This document shows positions 13,041 to 28,095 of a stretch of DNA of 64,000 bases, one piece after another. The translations under genes and the position numbers were made by a program. The DNA comes from Mobula hypostoma. Lineage: Eukaryota. The stretch's first letter is position 1, and every line of letters starts with the position of its first letter. The stretch is from contig NC_086109.1 in assembly GCF_963921235.1 (NCBI RefSeq), positions 36,830,001 through 36,894,000 of the forward strand. Reading direction: 5' to 3'. Under the pieces are notes generated by a model. It was not told where the DNA came from. It was given only the letters and a program-made list of their open reading frames with translations, and made no database searches.

Positions 13041-14409
13041 ATTTAATTATAATGAAGTAACTATCTTTTCTGTTGCTGACTGTTCTAGTCTCACATAATG
13101 TTTTTTGAATATGCCACGAAGATGATTGCTTACACTGAAAGCAATTCGTTTGCAAAATATGCAATAAATAATAAAAATGTATTAACATTTGTTTTAATAC
13201 CACATTGCTGTAATACTCTAGAACATGTAGTTGTGATTATTTCCAGATTATTACAGTGCTGAGTAAAATCCTATAAAATCCTACAAAAGATCTCAAATAT
13301 TTTTGGGGGAGATATTGGGTTAGCAAATGCTTTATGTTACAGAACTGTTTGAAATGGCACCACTTTTCCCTGAAGACCCAGACAGTGGTATTCTATTGTG
13401 CAGACAAGGCCCAATGCATCCTGTGTGATAGAAGAGAATTTACAGGCTTAACAACTACGTCAGTGTGGAGCCAGTGCAGGAATTTAGTTGGGTCATGAAA
13501 GGGAAGTGTGCATAAGTTGTGAGGGGAGTCAGAGTTATAGGCAAGGGAGATTCAGAGAATCCTGGGAAGGAATCAAGAGAAGAGAGCAGGAAGTTTTGGT
13601 AAGGGGATTGAAACCAAGCATTAAATGGTAATCTGTGGTCGGTGGCTAAACTAGAGTTGAGAAGTGTCTGCTTACTCTGGCAGAAATGAAGTGTGGTGTA
13701 AGAGCAACAATTGGTAAAAGCACATGAAGAAGAAAGCACATGGAAAAATTCTCCAGAATTGGCCTTGATAAAAACAGTAACCCTCCCCCTACTAACTCCC
13801 CATTCCCATTAATTCACTTTAAGGTGATTTCAAATCATTGACTAAGGCCTGCCTTTGTGTGTAAGCCCTTCCCAAGTGATGTCAAACTGTGTACATACTT
13901 TGCAATGTCGGTACATCCAGCTAGCCTCCTAATGCACAGAAAACCCAGAACAAAAAGAATGATAGCAAAGCTGTACCCAATTCCGTTTGTGTCTTTTTTT
14001 TTATTCTCTCAGGTATGCATAGAAATTCATGTGACTTAAATCACCAGATCAGAGTGTTTTGCATAGATGAAAGAAAATGCTGCCACTGGTGAATTATTCT
14101 CCCCACACGATGACAGACAGCAGTTCATATTTATGCATAGCCATCAAATATCCCACCACAAGACAATACACCTCGCCAGTCTTTAAAAGCAACATTTAAA
14201 AAAATAAAGAGTTAGCGTTTGTTGTTTGATTTGCTGAAAAGCAAGCAAAAGGCCTTTGTGTGTTTGATTTCACGCTCAGCACAGAAATTATCTATTGTTC
14301 TGGCCTCTAGTGGCACAGTTTATTTTGTATGCAGTTCATTTTGTATGAACATCATTTCCTGTACATGAGAATTTTTTGTATCATTCCCTACGTGAGTTAA
14401 TTTGGATTT

Positions 14410-15491
14410 CATAGAAAACATAGAAACATAGAAAACCTACAGCACAATACAAACCCTTCTGCCCACAAAGCCGAACATGTCCCTACCTTAGAAATTACTA
14501 GGAATACCTGTAGCCCTCTATTTTACTAAGCTCCATGTACCTATCCAAAAGTTTTTTAAAAGACCCCATCGTATCTGCCTCTACCACTGTTGTCGGCAGC
14601 CCATTCCATGCACTCACCACTGAGTGCGTAAAAACTTACCCCTGACAACTCCTCTGTACCTACTCCCAAGCACCTTAAACCTGTGCCCTCTTGTGGCAGC
14701 CATTTCAGCCCTGGGAAAAAGCCTCCAACCATCCACAAGATCAATGCCTCTCATCATCTTATACATCTCTATCAGGTCACCTCTCATCCTCTGTCGCTCC
14801 AAGGAGAAAAGGCCGAGTTCACTCAACCTGTTTTCATAAGACATGCTCCTTAATCAGGGCAACATCCTTGTAAATCTCCTCTGCACCCTTTCTATGGTTT
14901 CCTCATCCTTCCTGTAGTGAGGCAACTAGAACTGAGTACAGTACTCCAAGTGGGGTCTGACCAGGGTCCTATATAGCTGCAGCATTACTTCTTGGCTCCT
15001 AAATTCTATTCCACAATTGATGAAGGCCAATACATCATATGCCTTCTTAACCACAGAGTCAACCTGCGCAGCTGCTTTGAGTGTCCTATGGACTCGGACC
15101 ACAAGATCCCTCTGATCATCCATACTGCCAAGAGTCTTATCATTAATACTATATTCTGCCATCATATATGACCTACCAAAATGAACCACTTCACACTTAT
15201 CTGGGTTGAACTCCATCTGCCATTTTTCAGCCCAGTTTTGCATCCTATCAATGTCCCGCTGCAACTTCTGACAGCCCTCCACACTATCCACAACATCCCC
15301 AGCCTTTGTGTCATCATCAAACTTACTAACCCATCCCTCCACTTCCTCATCCAGGTCATTTATAAAAATCACGAAGAGTAAGGGCTCCAGAACAGATCCC
15401 TGAGGCACACCACTGGTCACTGACCTCCTTGTAGAATATAACCCATCTACAACCACTTTTCGCCTTCTGTGGGCAAGCCAGTTCTGGATCC
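14410..15491 (-). mobile_element. CR1 LINE 3' fragment
   Basis: SGVPQGSVLEPLLFVIFINDL..SKFDDDTK..LVRPHLEY. (CATAGAAA)n tail at 14410. Confidence 0.95.
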
Positions 15492-18400
15492 AATTTGCCC
15501 TTGAAACATCAATATCTTTTCACAAGTAAGATCTCATTAAAAACCCCGAAGAAAGCTTCTGGCTCAGGTGATTTTTGAAGAGGTGTTTTACTCACTGAAT
15601 AGCTTTGTATATATGCACTGCAAGGATAATAGATATATCTCAACTAATATTTGAGCTATCCTTGTTATAACTGGAAATTGGTTCATTTCATTTTAAGTAG
15701 ATTTGAAATCAAATCCATTGCTCAATAGATTTTACAATGAATTCCAGATGTTCTTGATTGCATACGTATGAACGTTTGGAATGGGGTAATGAATGTGAAC
15801 CACCAGCTTGCCAGTTGCAGGGTATGCAATGGAATTTGAGATATGGCTGGAAATCCTCCAAGGTCCCAACAACATTTCTAAACATTAAGTCTAGAACAAT
15901 ATTTTATCTAAAATCTGATTGCTCTGTACAAAAACGTCTTAATTAGCCTGGAAAACATTTCTGCAATTTCATTTAAAGTTCTTTAAAAGAAAATTACTTG
16001 TAAGTGCAAGGGAACCATGTACATAGTTGTCACACTAAATATAGATAATCAAGTTTAGTTTCTCATATTGGTGAACTTGGAATATTTATGGTGGAGGATT
16101 TGCCAAAAGGCAACATTTCTGAATGACCTAAGGGAGGTAAGAAGACTCTCTTACCCTGGAGCTGATCAGATCCTAGAATTTATGTGTTTCAAATGTTATT
16201 TGCTACTTGTCAGCCTTAGCCTGAACATTGATCTCTTCTGTTGGGTATAGATGAGCACGTTTTCAAAGGAGATGTGATGGTGGTTGGAGAGCTTGGGAGG
16301 GAGGGGGAGCCAGCAGAGTTTCCATTGACAGCAGCCAAGTGGCAGCAGTTCACATTCCTGACTTCTGTGCCTGCATTTCAGAATGTGGAAGTCAAGAAGG
16401 AGCAGGAGATGAAACGCTGGCATATCTGAACTGCCATCTACCAAAGGAACAAAGTTCAATCATGCTTAGCTGAAAAAGTCAGATGCATTTCATATTTATA
16501 TCCGACCATTACACGAGACAGAATGAAGCGCAACTCACGCAATTGAGAAGGGTTATCAGGCTGGATTAAATAGTTGCAAACAAGAATTTTGTTTTTAAAT
16601 ACAAAGTTTTAATTAATTTATTATTTAAACCAGTTGAAATAATTCCATTCTTTACATTTTAATTGCGGCATCAGAGATATTTGAATACTGTTCAGAGAAG
16701 CCTTTGATAATTGCCAGCTATCAAAATGCTATCAGGGCAGATATGGGGCTCAACCTCACAGCCCATCAACTGAGGTCTTGCTGTTGTTTGCAGATCACTC
16801 AACAGTGGAATGACAGTGGCAGCACTTCCCCTAATGCCGCCTCCTCAGATTTTTCTGATCGCCGAGATTCTCTTTCTTGAATATTTCTGACGTACTGTGT
16901 GGTCCCAGTCCCTTACAAGCTCTAGCTGCTTGTCTAATCCTTTTAATCCATCCTCTGAAGACAGCAAAGTCAGTACAGAAAAAGTCTCTCCATAGGCATA
17001 GTGTACAAAGTTCTGGGACTTGTGCGTAACAGAACTTTGCTTTTGGATGAATTTACACTGCAGGTGCTAAATGTAATGTATATTTTTGTTCCCCATCCTT
17101 CCATTACTGAATGAGTTGAATGAGAAAATCGCCATACGTAATTTTGGTAAAGTAGCATTGCTTATCGTAATAAAATCTAGCTACAAGTTCACAAGTAACT
17201 TAACATTAACTTAACATAATGCTTCGCAGTGTGCTGTCCATTTGAGGATATCTGATCCTGTGATAGATCCTTTTCAGCAACTTTGCAAAGCTGCCAATAA
17301 GTTGAAATCAAGCTGCAACTTTCTTGATGGCATAATTCCCCAGTGTTTAATTTGTTAAGAAGTTAATGCTCACCCTATGGAAGCTCACTGTTACTTCAAT
17401 TCTTTTATTTGTTTCTATCTAAAGTAATTTCTGTTTCTCATACCTCAAAATAAAACATTTTAAATTTTCCATGATTCTCACTGTATTCTTTATCTTGATT
17501 ACATGATCAGTAGGAGGTTCTATCACAAATGAACTCAAGTATGGGAATTTGAATATTTTACCCTAACATTAAACATGATTATTTTAAATTATTTTTCTTA
17601 TGATCTTTGGAAAAATCAGTACAGTGTCTCATGTCTACTGATCAAGCAAAGTTAGCTGTGTATATCTACATAAATCATTCTCTAATGATTTATGATGATT
17701 ACTGTCTGAGAACTGTTGCTCTTCTGTTCATAGAACATCATATTAAAGTTTTCAACGTGAAGATTAAAATAATCTTCAGAATTACTGACACATGAACATT
17801 CAAAGTATTAAAAGGATTTGCTGAAACAACAAATATGTACTTTGAAATTTGACTTCACTTACCATTTAACATCATGTATTCCAAACAATGAGAATAAATC
17901 GATCTTTCAGTACATCTGTTTTGTTAAATTTTGTCCTTTCTTTTCTGCCACTCTTTGCTTTCTTTGCTTCTTTCCAAAATAATAAAGTTAGATTAATTAA
18001 GAATGATTATAAATTGGACTATTCTGAGCAACTATTCAAATATGTAATTTAATATGCGAGCAAACATTTCCTTACAGCTCTAACCGTCAAAGATCTTATG
18101 AATCACAGATGCATATTATAACATCAGAACATTTATTCAGGTATTATCATTGGGAAACACTTAGATTTTGTTAAGCATTTTACATAAAAATTGAAGAAAT
18201 GGCGATTTAATTGACATGACAGAATTTCATAATAGGTAGAGAAACATTCTATTGCATTATTTCTATTAAAGCACAATCAAACCCATCAACTAATTAAATT
18301 TTACTTCCCAACCAGATTTAAATTTGTCTTAAATTATTATTGTTATGTTTATAACATTCTCTGAAACATTCTAAAAAAAATTCTAAACTTTATTCCTTAT

Positions 18401-19894
18401 GGAAGCACACACTATACTCCACATTGTTCTACGCTAATTTGCCTACCATCACAATAGGTGCACAGCAGATGCTATTTCATTGGCATTTCTCTCAACCCTG
18501 GAACATCTGGACAGCAAAGATACATTAGGATGCTCTTTATTGATTACAACTCAGCATTCAATACTATTGTTCCCTCAGAACTATTCAATTAGCTTCAAGA
18601 CCTTGGCCTCAATGCCTCCCTGGGCAATTAGTCATCGATTTGCTTAAATGATGCAGAAGCCATCGCCTTCTCTCTGTGATGATATGCTTCACTGGTTGAG
18701 GCCAATGCTCCTTCTTTATCACATTTTTGTGATCTACTTTTGCAACAGTGACATAAAACATGTTGTATGACATTTGCTTTACACCCCACATTCATTGTGT
18801 ATTGTAGAATTCTTCTTGTTCATCTTAGCTGGCCACTATGTTTAAAAGTGATTTGCTCACGTTCCAGATAATTGGGTTTTGAAGTTCTTCTTGAGGCTAG
18901 TACAGGATTTGCAGACTCTACCAGAGTGGTTCAGGGGGTTCCTTTCCTTTTTGCTTTGTGGACTGGCACATTCCTTTGCGTGACTTTGGCATCAAATCCT
19001 CCTTGTGCACTGGGATCCTCCATTTCCTCACTAGCAGATCCCAGTCAGTTTGGATTGGCAACAACATCTCCTCCACAATCTCCATCAGCACAGGTCCACC
19101 ACAAGGCTGTGTGCTTAGCCCCCTGCTCTACTTGCATTACACTTATGACTGTGAGGCTCCAATGCAATATTTAAGTGTGCTGATGACACCACTGTCACTG
19201 GCCAAATCAAAGGTAGTGACGAATCAGCATATTGGAGGGAGAATGTAAACCTAGCTGAGTGTTGTCACAATAACAACCTGCCATTCAATGTCAGCAAGAC
19301 CTAAGAACTTATTGTTGACTTCGGGAGGAAGAAGCCAGTCCTTATTAGGGAATCAGAGGTAGAGAGGATGCAAAACTTTATATTCCTCGCTGTTATCACT
19401 TCAGAAGATCTGGCCGAGGCCCAGCACATAAGTGCAATTATGAAGAAAGCATATAGTGGCTTTGCTTCCTTAGCAATATGCGAAGATTGGCATATCATCT
19501 AAAACTTTGATAAACTTCTATAGATGTGTGGTTGAGGTGTGTGGTTGCATAATGGTCATGTATTGAAATACCAATGACTTTGAACAGAAAATTGCACAAA
19601 AAGTAATTGATACAGTCCAGTCCATCACAGGCAAAGCCCTCCCCACCATTGAGCACATTCACATGGAGTGCTGTCGGACAAAGCAATCATCACCACCAGT
19701 CTGGTCATGCTGTCTTCTCACTTATCAAGACAAAGTGCAGGAACCTCAGGAGCCTCATCATCAGGTTCAGGGACAGTTATTAACCCTAAAACATCAGGCT
19801 CTTGAACCAAATGGGATCACTTCACTTGCCTCCATCACTAAACAGTCCCACAACCTATGAGGTCACTTTCAAAGACTCTTCATGTAATGCTAGT

Positions 19895-21005
19895 ATCATA
19901 CAGTCATAGGAAAATACAGCACAGGAACAAGTCCTTTAGCTCATCTAGTCCATGCCGAACCATTTAAACTGGCTACCCCCATCGGCCTGTACCCGGACCA
20001 TAGCCCTCTGTACCCCTGTCATCCATGTACCTATCCAAACTTCTCTTAAATATTGAAGTCAAGCTCACATGCATCAATTGTGCTGGCACCTCACTCCACA
20101 CTCTCAAACCCTCTGAGTGAAGAAGTTTCCCCTCATGTTCCCCTTCAAGATTTTACCTTTCATCCTTTAACCTATGATCTCTAGTTGTAGTCCCACCCAA
20201 CCTCAGTGGAAAAGCACTGTTTGCATTTACCCCTCTTATACCCCTCATAATTTGGTACACTTCTATCAAATCTCCCCTCATTCTTCTATATTCCAAGGAA
20301 TAATGTCCTAACCTATTCAATCTTTCCTTATAACTCAAGTCTTCCAGTCACAGCAACATCCTGATAAATTTTCTCTGCACTCTTTCAACCTTATTTACAT
20401 CTTTCCTGTAGGTGGGTGACCAAAACTGCAAAATCTCTCATACACTATTCCAAATTAGGCATCACCATTGTCTGAAACAATTTCAACATAAAGTTCCAAC
20501 TCTGGCACTTCATACTTTGAATTATGAAGACCAATATGCCAAAAGCTTTCTTTACATACCTATCAAACTGTGATGCTATTTTCAATGAATTATGGACCTG
20601 TATTCCCAAATCTCTTTGTTCCTCTGTACTCCTCAGTACCCTCCTGTTCATTGCGTAAGACCTACCTTGGTTAGTCCTATTGAAGTTCAACACTTTACAC
20701 TTACAGTATCTGCATTAAATTCTATTGGCCATTTTTCAGCACATTTTTCCGCCCATTTTTCCAACTGGTCTAAATCTTGCTGTAAGCTCTGATAGTCCTC
20801 CTTGCTGTCCACTACACCCCAGACTTGGTATCATCCACAATTTTGCTGATCCATTTAACCACATCATCATCCAGATCATTGATATACTGCTGATGACAAA
20901 CAACAATGGACCCAGTACCAATCCCTATGATACTCCACTAGTCACAAGCCTCCAATCAGAGGCAACCATCCACTAACACTCTCTAGCTTCTCCCATAATA
21001 CCGTA
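19895..21005 (-). mobile_element. CR1 LINE 3' fragment (older)
   Basis: MSYKERLNRLGHYSLEYRRMRGDLIEVY, EQRDLGIQVHNSLK, VLGPLLFVI. Confidence 0.9.
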
Positions 21006-21044
21006 GTCTAACCTCCCATGTAGCAAGTTCATGTTTTTGATATT

Positions 21045-21132
21045 GCTTGCTTATCTATTTATTTATTTATTTATTTGTTTGTTTGTTTGTTTGTTTGTTT
21101 GTTTGTTTGTTTGTTTATTTATTTATTTATTA
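21045..21132. repeat. (ATTT)n(GTTT)n microsatellite
   Basis: Seen directly in sequence. Confidence 0.95.
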
Positions 21133-21516
21133 TTCCCTTTTTTTCTTTAGTATTTGCACAGTTTGATGTCTTTTGCACATTGGTTGTTTGTCTGTCAGTT
21201 GGGTGGGATCTTTCATTGAATCTATTATGTTTCTTGGATTTATTGAGCATGCCCACAAAAGAAGACTCTCAGGGGTGTGTATGGTAACATATAATAATCT
21301 ACGGTGATAAAATATGGATATTAAAATATGGTGACAAATAACTCTGATAATAAATTTACTTTTAATTTTGATCTCAGTCACATTTGTTAGGTACCTGTTT
21401 ATGCTCAGTGTTGAATCAATTTAAAAGCTACATCTGAAAATAAATTTGATTAGGAGGCTGCACTCCTTACATTGTGACACTTGTAGTATCTTGCCCAAAC
21501 TCAGAGGTCAAAGTAT

Positions 21517-22210
21517 AAAGTTCAAAGTAAATTTATTACCAAAGTATACATATGTCACCATATACGTCACCATATACAACCGTAAGGTTCAGTGTTTTTG
21601 TGGACGTGCTCAGTAAATCCAAGAAACATCTCAAAATCAACTGCGAGGACAAACAATGTGGAAAAGACAACAAACTACAAATACAAAAGCGAGAAAAAAA
21701 GGAATAATAATAATCAATAAATAAGCAATAAGTATCAAGAACATGAGATAAGAGCCCTTGAAAGTGATTTCAAGGGTTATGGGAATGGTTCAGTGGTAGG
21801 GCAAGTGAGGTTGAGTGAATTTATCCACATTGGTTCAAGAGCCTGATGGTTGAGGGTTAGTAACTATTTTTGAATATGGTGGTGTGAGTCCTGAGGCTCC
21901 TGTCCCTTCTTTCTGATGGCAACAGCAAGAAGGGAGTATGGCCTGGGTTGTAGGGGTCCTTGATAACAGATGCTGCTTTCCTGCAACTACGCTCCGTGTA
22001 GATGTGCTAAATGGTGGGGAAGGGTTCATCCATTATGGACTGGGCCATATCCACTACTTTTGTAGGATTTTTCATTCAAGGCCATTGGTGCTTATATACC
22101 AGTCAATATAATCTCCAACACCCATCTATAGAAGCTTGTCAAACTTTTAGATGTCCTGTAAATCTTTGCAAATCTAAGGATGTAGAGGCCCTGCCATGCT
22201 TTCTTTGTAT
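21517..22210 (-). mobile_element. Rex1/Babar-like LINE 3' fragment
   Basis: AAAGTTCAAAGTAAATTTATTA tail on the plus strand. C-terminal region homologous to 49633-49898. Confidence 0.85.
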
Positions 22211-24387
22211 TTGTTTACTGTTTGTTATCTTGCAGACAAGATGATTGAATATAGTTCCAGAGTGTCATAAAATGACCACTGAGACCAGAGATAGATCAAA
22301 TGTGATGTACTATTTTTGCTTGAATATGCAATCAGATTTGAAACTCCTCCCTCGTGGACATCATCACTTCCTTACAAAATATTTTGTGATAGAGAAAGAT
22401 AAATGTAAGGCACTTAGGAATAAATAGCTTTGTTTTACTAGCAGATGTTTCTATAATTTTCCTTAACATTATCTTGGCAATATCTGAATTAGTCTTTGTA
22501 ATCCTTATTTACTTAATTGCTGCCTCCGTTCTCATTTGGCCCCTAAACAATTCAATTCACCTTAAATAAAATTGTCACTATTTTGTCTCAACATCTGTTG
22601 TTGTGTCAAAGGAATGACCAGATGGATGGTGAGACTCAGATGTACTTTAGTGCATGAGTAATCTTGGCATTTCTTCATTCATTTCAGCAAATCCTCCTGC
22701 AGTATTTTTCAGCTGAAATACAACAGTCTACTTCCAAATACAGCATTTTAACTTTATCAAACAAGATGGAAAATAGGGATTTACCAACCTAATTGTCATG
22801 CACATATTCTAATGTTTGACTTTGGCGCTGAAATAATAACATGAATCACTTTTCTCTTGTCCAGTGCCTTGGGATACGTGATGACTTGCTTTCACTCCAG
22901 TTGATGAGGGTTCTGAGGCAGTTAATAAAGTCGATGTGGTACTTGTACATTCTGCCACTGGTGGGGCAGGAGGTGCTCGACAGGGTGGATAGTGGGTAGT
23001 TTGGTGGTGATGTGCTCTTTTGACTGACTATGCTAGATTTCTGTGCTCTCCCAAATGAACATGAAGCTCTCAGTAAATTCTTCCTCTGCATTTTGAGCAG
23101 TGAAGGGTCAGGGAATCCCATGTGTCTGTGAGGATATTACACTGCTTCAAAAAGGTTTTGAGACAATGGAGGTCAGAATAAAGTACCTGTTTCTGCTATC
23201 TCCATGCAATCAATATAGCCTGCCCATTGGAGTCACATGAATGCAGTTTTAGCCTCTGTGCTGGAATGCTATTCTGAAAGAGAAAACTGATATTGACTAA
23301 CTATCCTGCCAGCGGATGTAGATAACTTACCAGAAACAGCTTTGGTGATCAGTCTACAGTGCTTTGAGTGCTTCCATCTCTCAAAATCATACTGGTGGAT
23401 CACAACTACTTTGAAGATTCTGAACTTTATGCCTTGTTTTAGCTTTTACTCTTCAGCAATATTTTATCTCAGCACTGTAGGAGGTGTCCAGAGAAATATA
23501 TTCCATCAAAAAAGACCAAAATTAATCAAGAATTATTTGCCATATACATTTACGTTTTTTAGGAAGTTGATTTGGACCGGAAAAGTTCCAACTCACTTTT
23601 TTTTAAGTCTTAAGTTCTATTGTACACATTTGGTTCACCATATACAGGCACACTCTAATGATTACTACTTATCAAAGCATGGAACGATTACTGTCTACCA
23701 GAATAAGTTGGCAGGAACCATTGCTTGACACAGCAGATAGATGGAGAGCCTTCCACAGAATCATAGAATGCTTACAAAGCAGGAACAGACCATTTGGGCC
23801 ATCATGCCCATGCCTATTGTTTCAGGCTGGAAGAGTAGGTGCTGGGTATCATGCACCTTATGTCATAGTAGTCTTGCAAATGTTTAATGGAATGGCAAAG
23901 TTATGTCAGAAACCAATCTTCCATTTTGATCACTTCTCCCCTCAAAGCACTGTGTGAGCATTTACCTGAACCTTCCCCAATCCATTACTGTGATCTTTTA
24001 CCTTTATCATTACAGAACCACAGGAAATCCTACCTGCCAGTCCTGTCCCTTTAGTCTTTACGCCAACCCCTCTTGAAGGTATCCCGTGGCAAGGAAGAGG
24101 AGAAGGAGTACACTGCTTGACAGCTTCAGTGTTTTTTTTTCCATAACTTATGTAAGTCAGCATACTCTGAACAATTTTATGTACCTGCTTCCAGCCAGAC
24201 ACTATCATGCAATCAAAACCATCTGGTGTTAAGGTGGCTCATTTTTGCTCAGTGTCTGTCTCTCATTCACTCTTGAAGATAACAGTTATTTAAACTAATA
24301 CCATGGTTACAAGATTGTATCAGAAGCTAAATATTCTGTTGTGAATGAATCTCAACTTGACATTCAATGGCCTTCCACCATCTGCAA

Positions 24388-24500
24388 GGCAGGAATGTGA
24401 TGTTGGATGATCAGCCATGATCATACTGAATGGTGGTGCAGGCTCGAAGGGCCGAATGGCCTACTCCTGCACCTATTTTCTATGTTTCTATGTTTCTATG
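24388..24500 (+). mobile_element. Young CR1 3'-UTR fragment
   Basis: Nearly identical to 57295-57393, with (TTTCTATG)3 tail. Confidence 0.92.
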
Positions 24501-25997
24501 ATGGAACACCCTCCACTTACCTGGGAGAACAGCTACAAAGTCACTCAACAAGACAATCAATCCCATTCAAGACCAAGTTGCCATTCATTGATCAACAGAG
24601 CCATCACTTTGCACATGCATTAACAGAATAGCAAGCAGGTGCTATTCACCAGCAATAGCACATTACAACAATATACCATGATTTTTCAACTGTACCCATG
24701 GACTAGACTGACAAACTCAGCTGAGAAAATTCACCAGCTCCTAATTCCTCTTCACATAATACATCATCCTGATAAACTGGATCACTATTGTTTGACTGAT
24801 GACCAGTCTTAATTCTGGAACTCACTATCCAACAGCACCATGGAATTAATTTCACCTCACAGATCAAGAAGGCTGTCCACTTGAACATTCTTAAAGAGAA
24901 TTACAAATACTAACCTTGTCAGCAAAATTGACATTACCTTTCTGAATGAGAAATCTATTTCAATTAACATATATCAAAATAATTCAAGCAGGGACTCAAA
25001 TCCTTTTTTATGCCATAGACCAATACCATTAAGCTGGAAGCCCTGTATTAAAGTATCGTACCAATATCCTAATAATAGCATGGGACTAGTTCAAAAAGGT
25101 GGAAGTGTTTGTGTCCTACTGGCAGATTGAGACTTTACAATGGAAGCTGGTCAAAAAGTAATTCTTCAGGTTAACTGAAGTGATTCATAGTAGGGAGACA
25201 CTGTGTGCATTCCTGAAAAATGCTCTGTCGATAAACCTTTCAGGGTTGTTTTTTAGGCAAGCTTTTTATCTGACAGGAATTCAGTGATGGCCCAGTTGCA
25301 GAGAGAGAGAGACATAGACAGGAATGAACAGTTCACTGAGTTTCAGTAAGAACTGTACAGAACAAAGGAAGATAATAATCACTAGGCCAACAGGGCCACT
25401 AACAATAACTCCCAAACTAAGTAAAAACTAACAATGTGACTGCTTTTGACAATTACGACTAGAACTAAATTAACACTGATCCTTTAGCAATGTTTATCTA
25501 AATCACTAATCTTGTTTCCTGGAACATGGACTAAGGTAAGCAGGGAGCATTGTCTTCACTGTGCTTCGATCAAGACTTGAAAAGACTGAAACAAAGGGAA
25601 GAGAGTTTGGCTAGAGTGTGTGCATTCTTTCATGTATGATTAACGCCTATGTGAACACACAGATCAAAGGCAATGTCTGCAGTTGTGACATCACCATGAT
25701 GATGACCTTCTTCAAAAGTCATATTAGAAAAAATACACTTATTAAATTTAAAAATGCAACTCTGTTCTTTCATCAATTTGGGAGTTTCAATGGATTTTAA
25801 AAAATTCTTTTCTTAACAGTGGTTTGATTCTACAAGACAGTGTACATGGACAAAGTCAATTTTAATTAATGAGTTGCCAAAAATCTCCCTCAACAACACA
25901 ATAAAATACATTCATAATTATAATGATTGTGGACACATTGCTGACAACCTAATTATTTATCATTATCTCAAGTGCTAAACTAATATGCTTCTAACTG

Positions 25998-26815
25998 GAC
26001 AAGAAATCCTGCTGATGCTGGAAATCCAGAGCAACACACTGCTGGAGGAACTCAGCAAGTCAGGCAGCATCTGTGGAGGGGAATGAACAGTCAATGTTTT
26101 GAGCCGAGACCCTTCGTCAGGACTGGAAAGGAAGGGGAAAGATGCCTGAATAAGAAGGTGGGGTGGGGGAGGAGGAGGAGAACAAGCTAGAAGTGATAGG
26201 TAAAGAGAGGTGGGTAGGGAGGTAAGAAGCTGGCAGGTGATAAGTGAAAAAGGCACAGGGCTGGGGAGGAAGGAATCTGATAGGAGAAGAGTGTGGATCA
26301 AGGGAGAAAGGGACAGAGAGGGGAACCAGCAGGAGATGATAGACAGGTGATGAGAAGAGTTAAGAGGACAGAGTGGGGAAATAAAGAAGAGGGAAGGGGG
26401 AGGGGAGAAAATTACCAGAATTGGAGAAATAGATATTCATGCTATCAGGTTGGAGGCTACCTAAATGCAACAGGAGGTGTCGCTCCTCCAACGTGAGAGT
26501 GGCTTTATCGTGGCAGAAGAAGAGTCCTTGGACTAACATGCCACTCTCCTCTCCTATTAGATTAATTCTTCTCCAACCCTTTACCTTCACCACCAATCAC
26601 CTCCCAGCTTCTTACTTTATCCCTCTCTGCCCCACCCACCTGGCTTCACCTATCACCTTCCAGCTTGTCCTCCTTCCCCTCTCCCCACCTTCTTATTCTG
26701 GCATCTTCCCTCTTCCTTTCCAGTCCTGATGGAGGGTCTTGGCCCAAAACGTCATTTCATAGATGCTGCCTGACCTGCAGAGTTCCTTCAGCATTTTGTG
26801 AGTTGCTCTGGAGAT
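25998..26815. mobile_element. Penelope-derived element with inverted terminal repeats
   Basis: Inverted arms with degenerate hammerhead segments at ~26089-26124 (-) and ~26722-26755 (+). GIY-YIG C-terminal remnant DKATLTLEERHLLLHLGSLQPDSMNI on minus. Confidence 0.85.
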
Positions 26816-27240
26816 CAGACAAGACTCTGTACCAATTATACTACAAGTACAATCTTGATTTGTTCCACATCATGTCAAGTATACACTGATGTTTCACACA
26901 GTTTAACATATTCACACTAAACAGAACAAGTTTCATAAAAAATGTTTTAATTATTTATGAAGAGAGATGAATATTATAATTACTTAATAAATTATTTATT
27001 GATAATTCACAAAGGATGATTTTATCTTATTTAAAATTATGAAATGTAATAATGAATACCAGGCAAAAATCAACAATTTTAAATCAAACATTTGCCCCTT
27101 ATCTTTTTCTCCTGCAGTAATCACCATGGCTTACTTTTTGGTGCACTAGGGAAGGTTTGACTGCTGATAAGCATGCTTGACACAAAAGAATCGAGGAATT
27201 CAGCAGGCCATTCAGTATCTATAGGTGAGAATAAACAGTC

Positions 27241-28095
27241 GAATTGAATGGAATTAACTTTATTTCTTACATCCTTCACATACATGAGGAGTAAAAATCT
27301 TTATGTTAGGTCTCCATCTAAATGTGCAACATGAAATTTCTAGTAATTTGTAATAAATAGCATGTACAACAGGACGGTCAATATAGCATAGAAATACAAT
27401 TGTATCAGAGTAAATTAATCAGTCTGACGGCCTGGTGGAAGAAGCTGTCCCGGTGCCTGTTGGTCCTGGCTTTTATGCTGCGGTACATTTTCCAGATGGT
27501 AGCAGCTGTAACAGTTTGTGGTTGGGGTGACTCAGGTCCCCAGTGATCCTTTTGGGCCCTTTTTACACACCCATCTTTGTAAATATCCTGAATAGTGGAA
27601 AGTTCACATCTACAGATGTGCTGGGCTGTCCTCACCACACTCTGCAGAGTCCTACAATTGAAGTAAGTACAGTTCCCATACCAGGCCGTGATGCAGACAG
27701 TCAGGATGCTCTCAATTGTGCCCCTGTAGAAAGTCCTTAGGATTTGGGGCCCATACCAAACTTCTTCAACTGTCTGATGTGAAAGAGGTGCTGTTGTGCT
27801 TTTTTCACCACACAGCAGTATGCACAGACCACGTGAGATCCTCGGTGATGTGTATGCTGAGGAACTTAAAGCTATTCACCTTCTCAACCCCAGATCCATT
27901 GATGTCAATGGGGGTTAGCCTGTCTCCATTCCTTCTGTAGTCCACAACCAGCTCCTTTGTTTTTGCAACTTTGAGGTAAAGGTTGTTTTCTTGACACCAC
28001 TGCTTCAGGGTGATAACTTTTTCTCTGTAGGCTGCTTCATTATTACTTGAGATAAGGTCAATCAAAGTAGTAATGTCAGCAAATTTAATTAACTA
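27241..28095 (-). mobile_element. Rex1/Babar-like LINE 3' fragment inserted in a Penelope terminal repeat
   Basis: LISSNNEAAYREKV..VAKTKELVVDYRRNG. Penelope repeat halves flank it at ~27178-27240 and ~28104-28130. Confidence 0.9.

Larger units (their letters stand above)
18400..21370 (+). mobile_element. Degraded Rex1/Babar-like LINE, fragmented and split by a CR1
   Basis: ISISTGPPQGCVLSPLLY (ORF 18958-19248). The 3' UTR resumes near 21020 and ends GATAATAAATTTACTTT near 21360. Confidence 0.8.
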
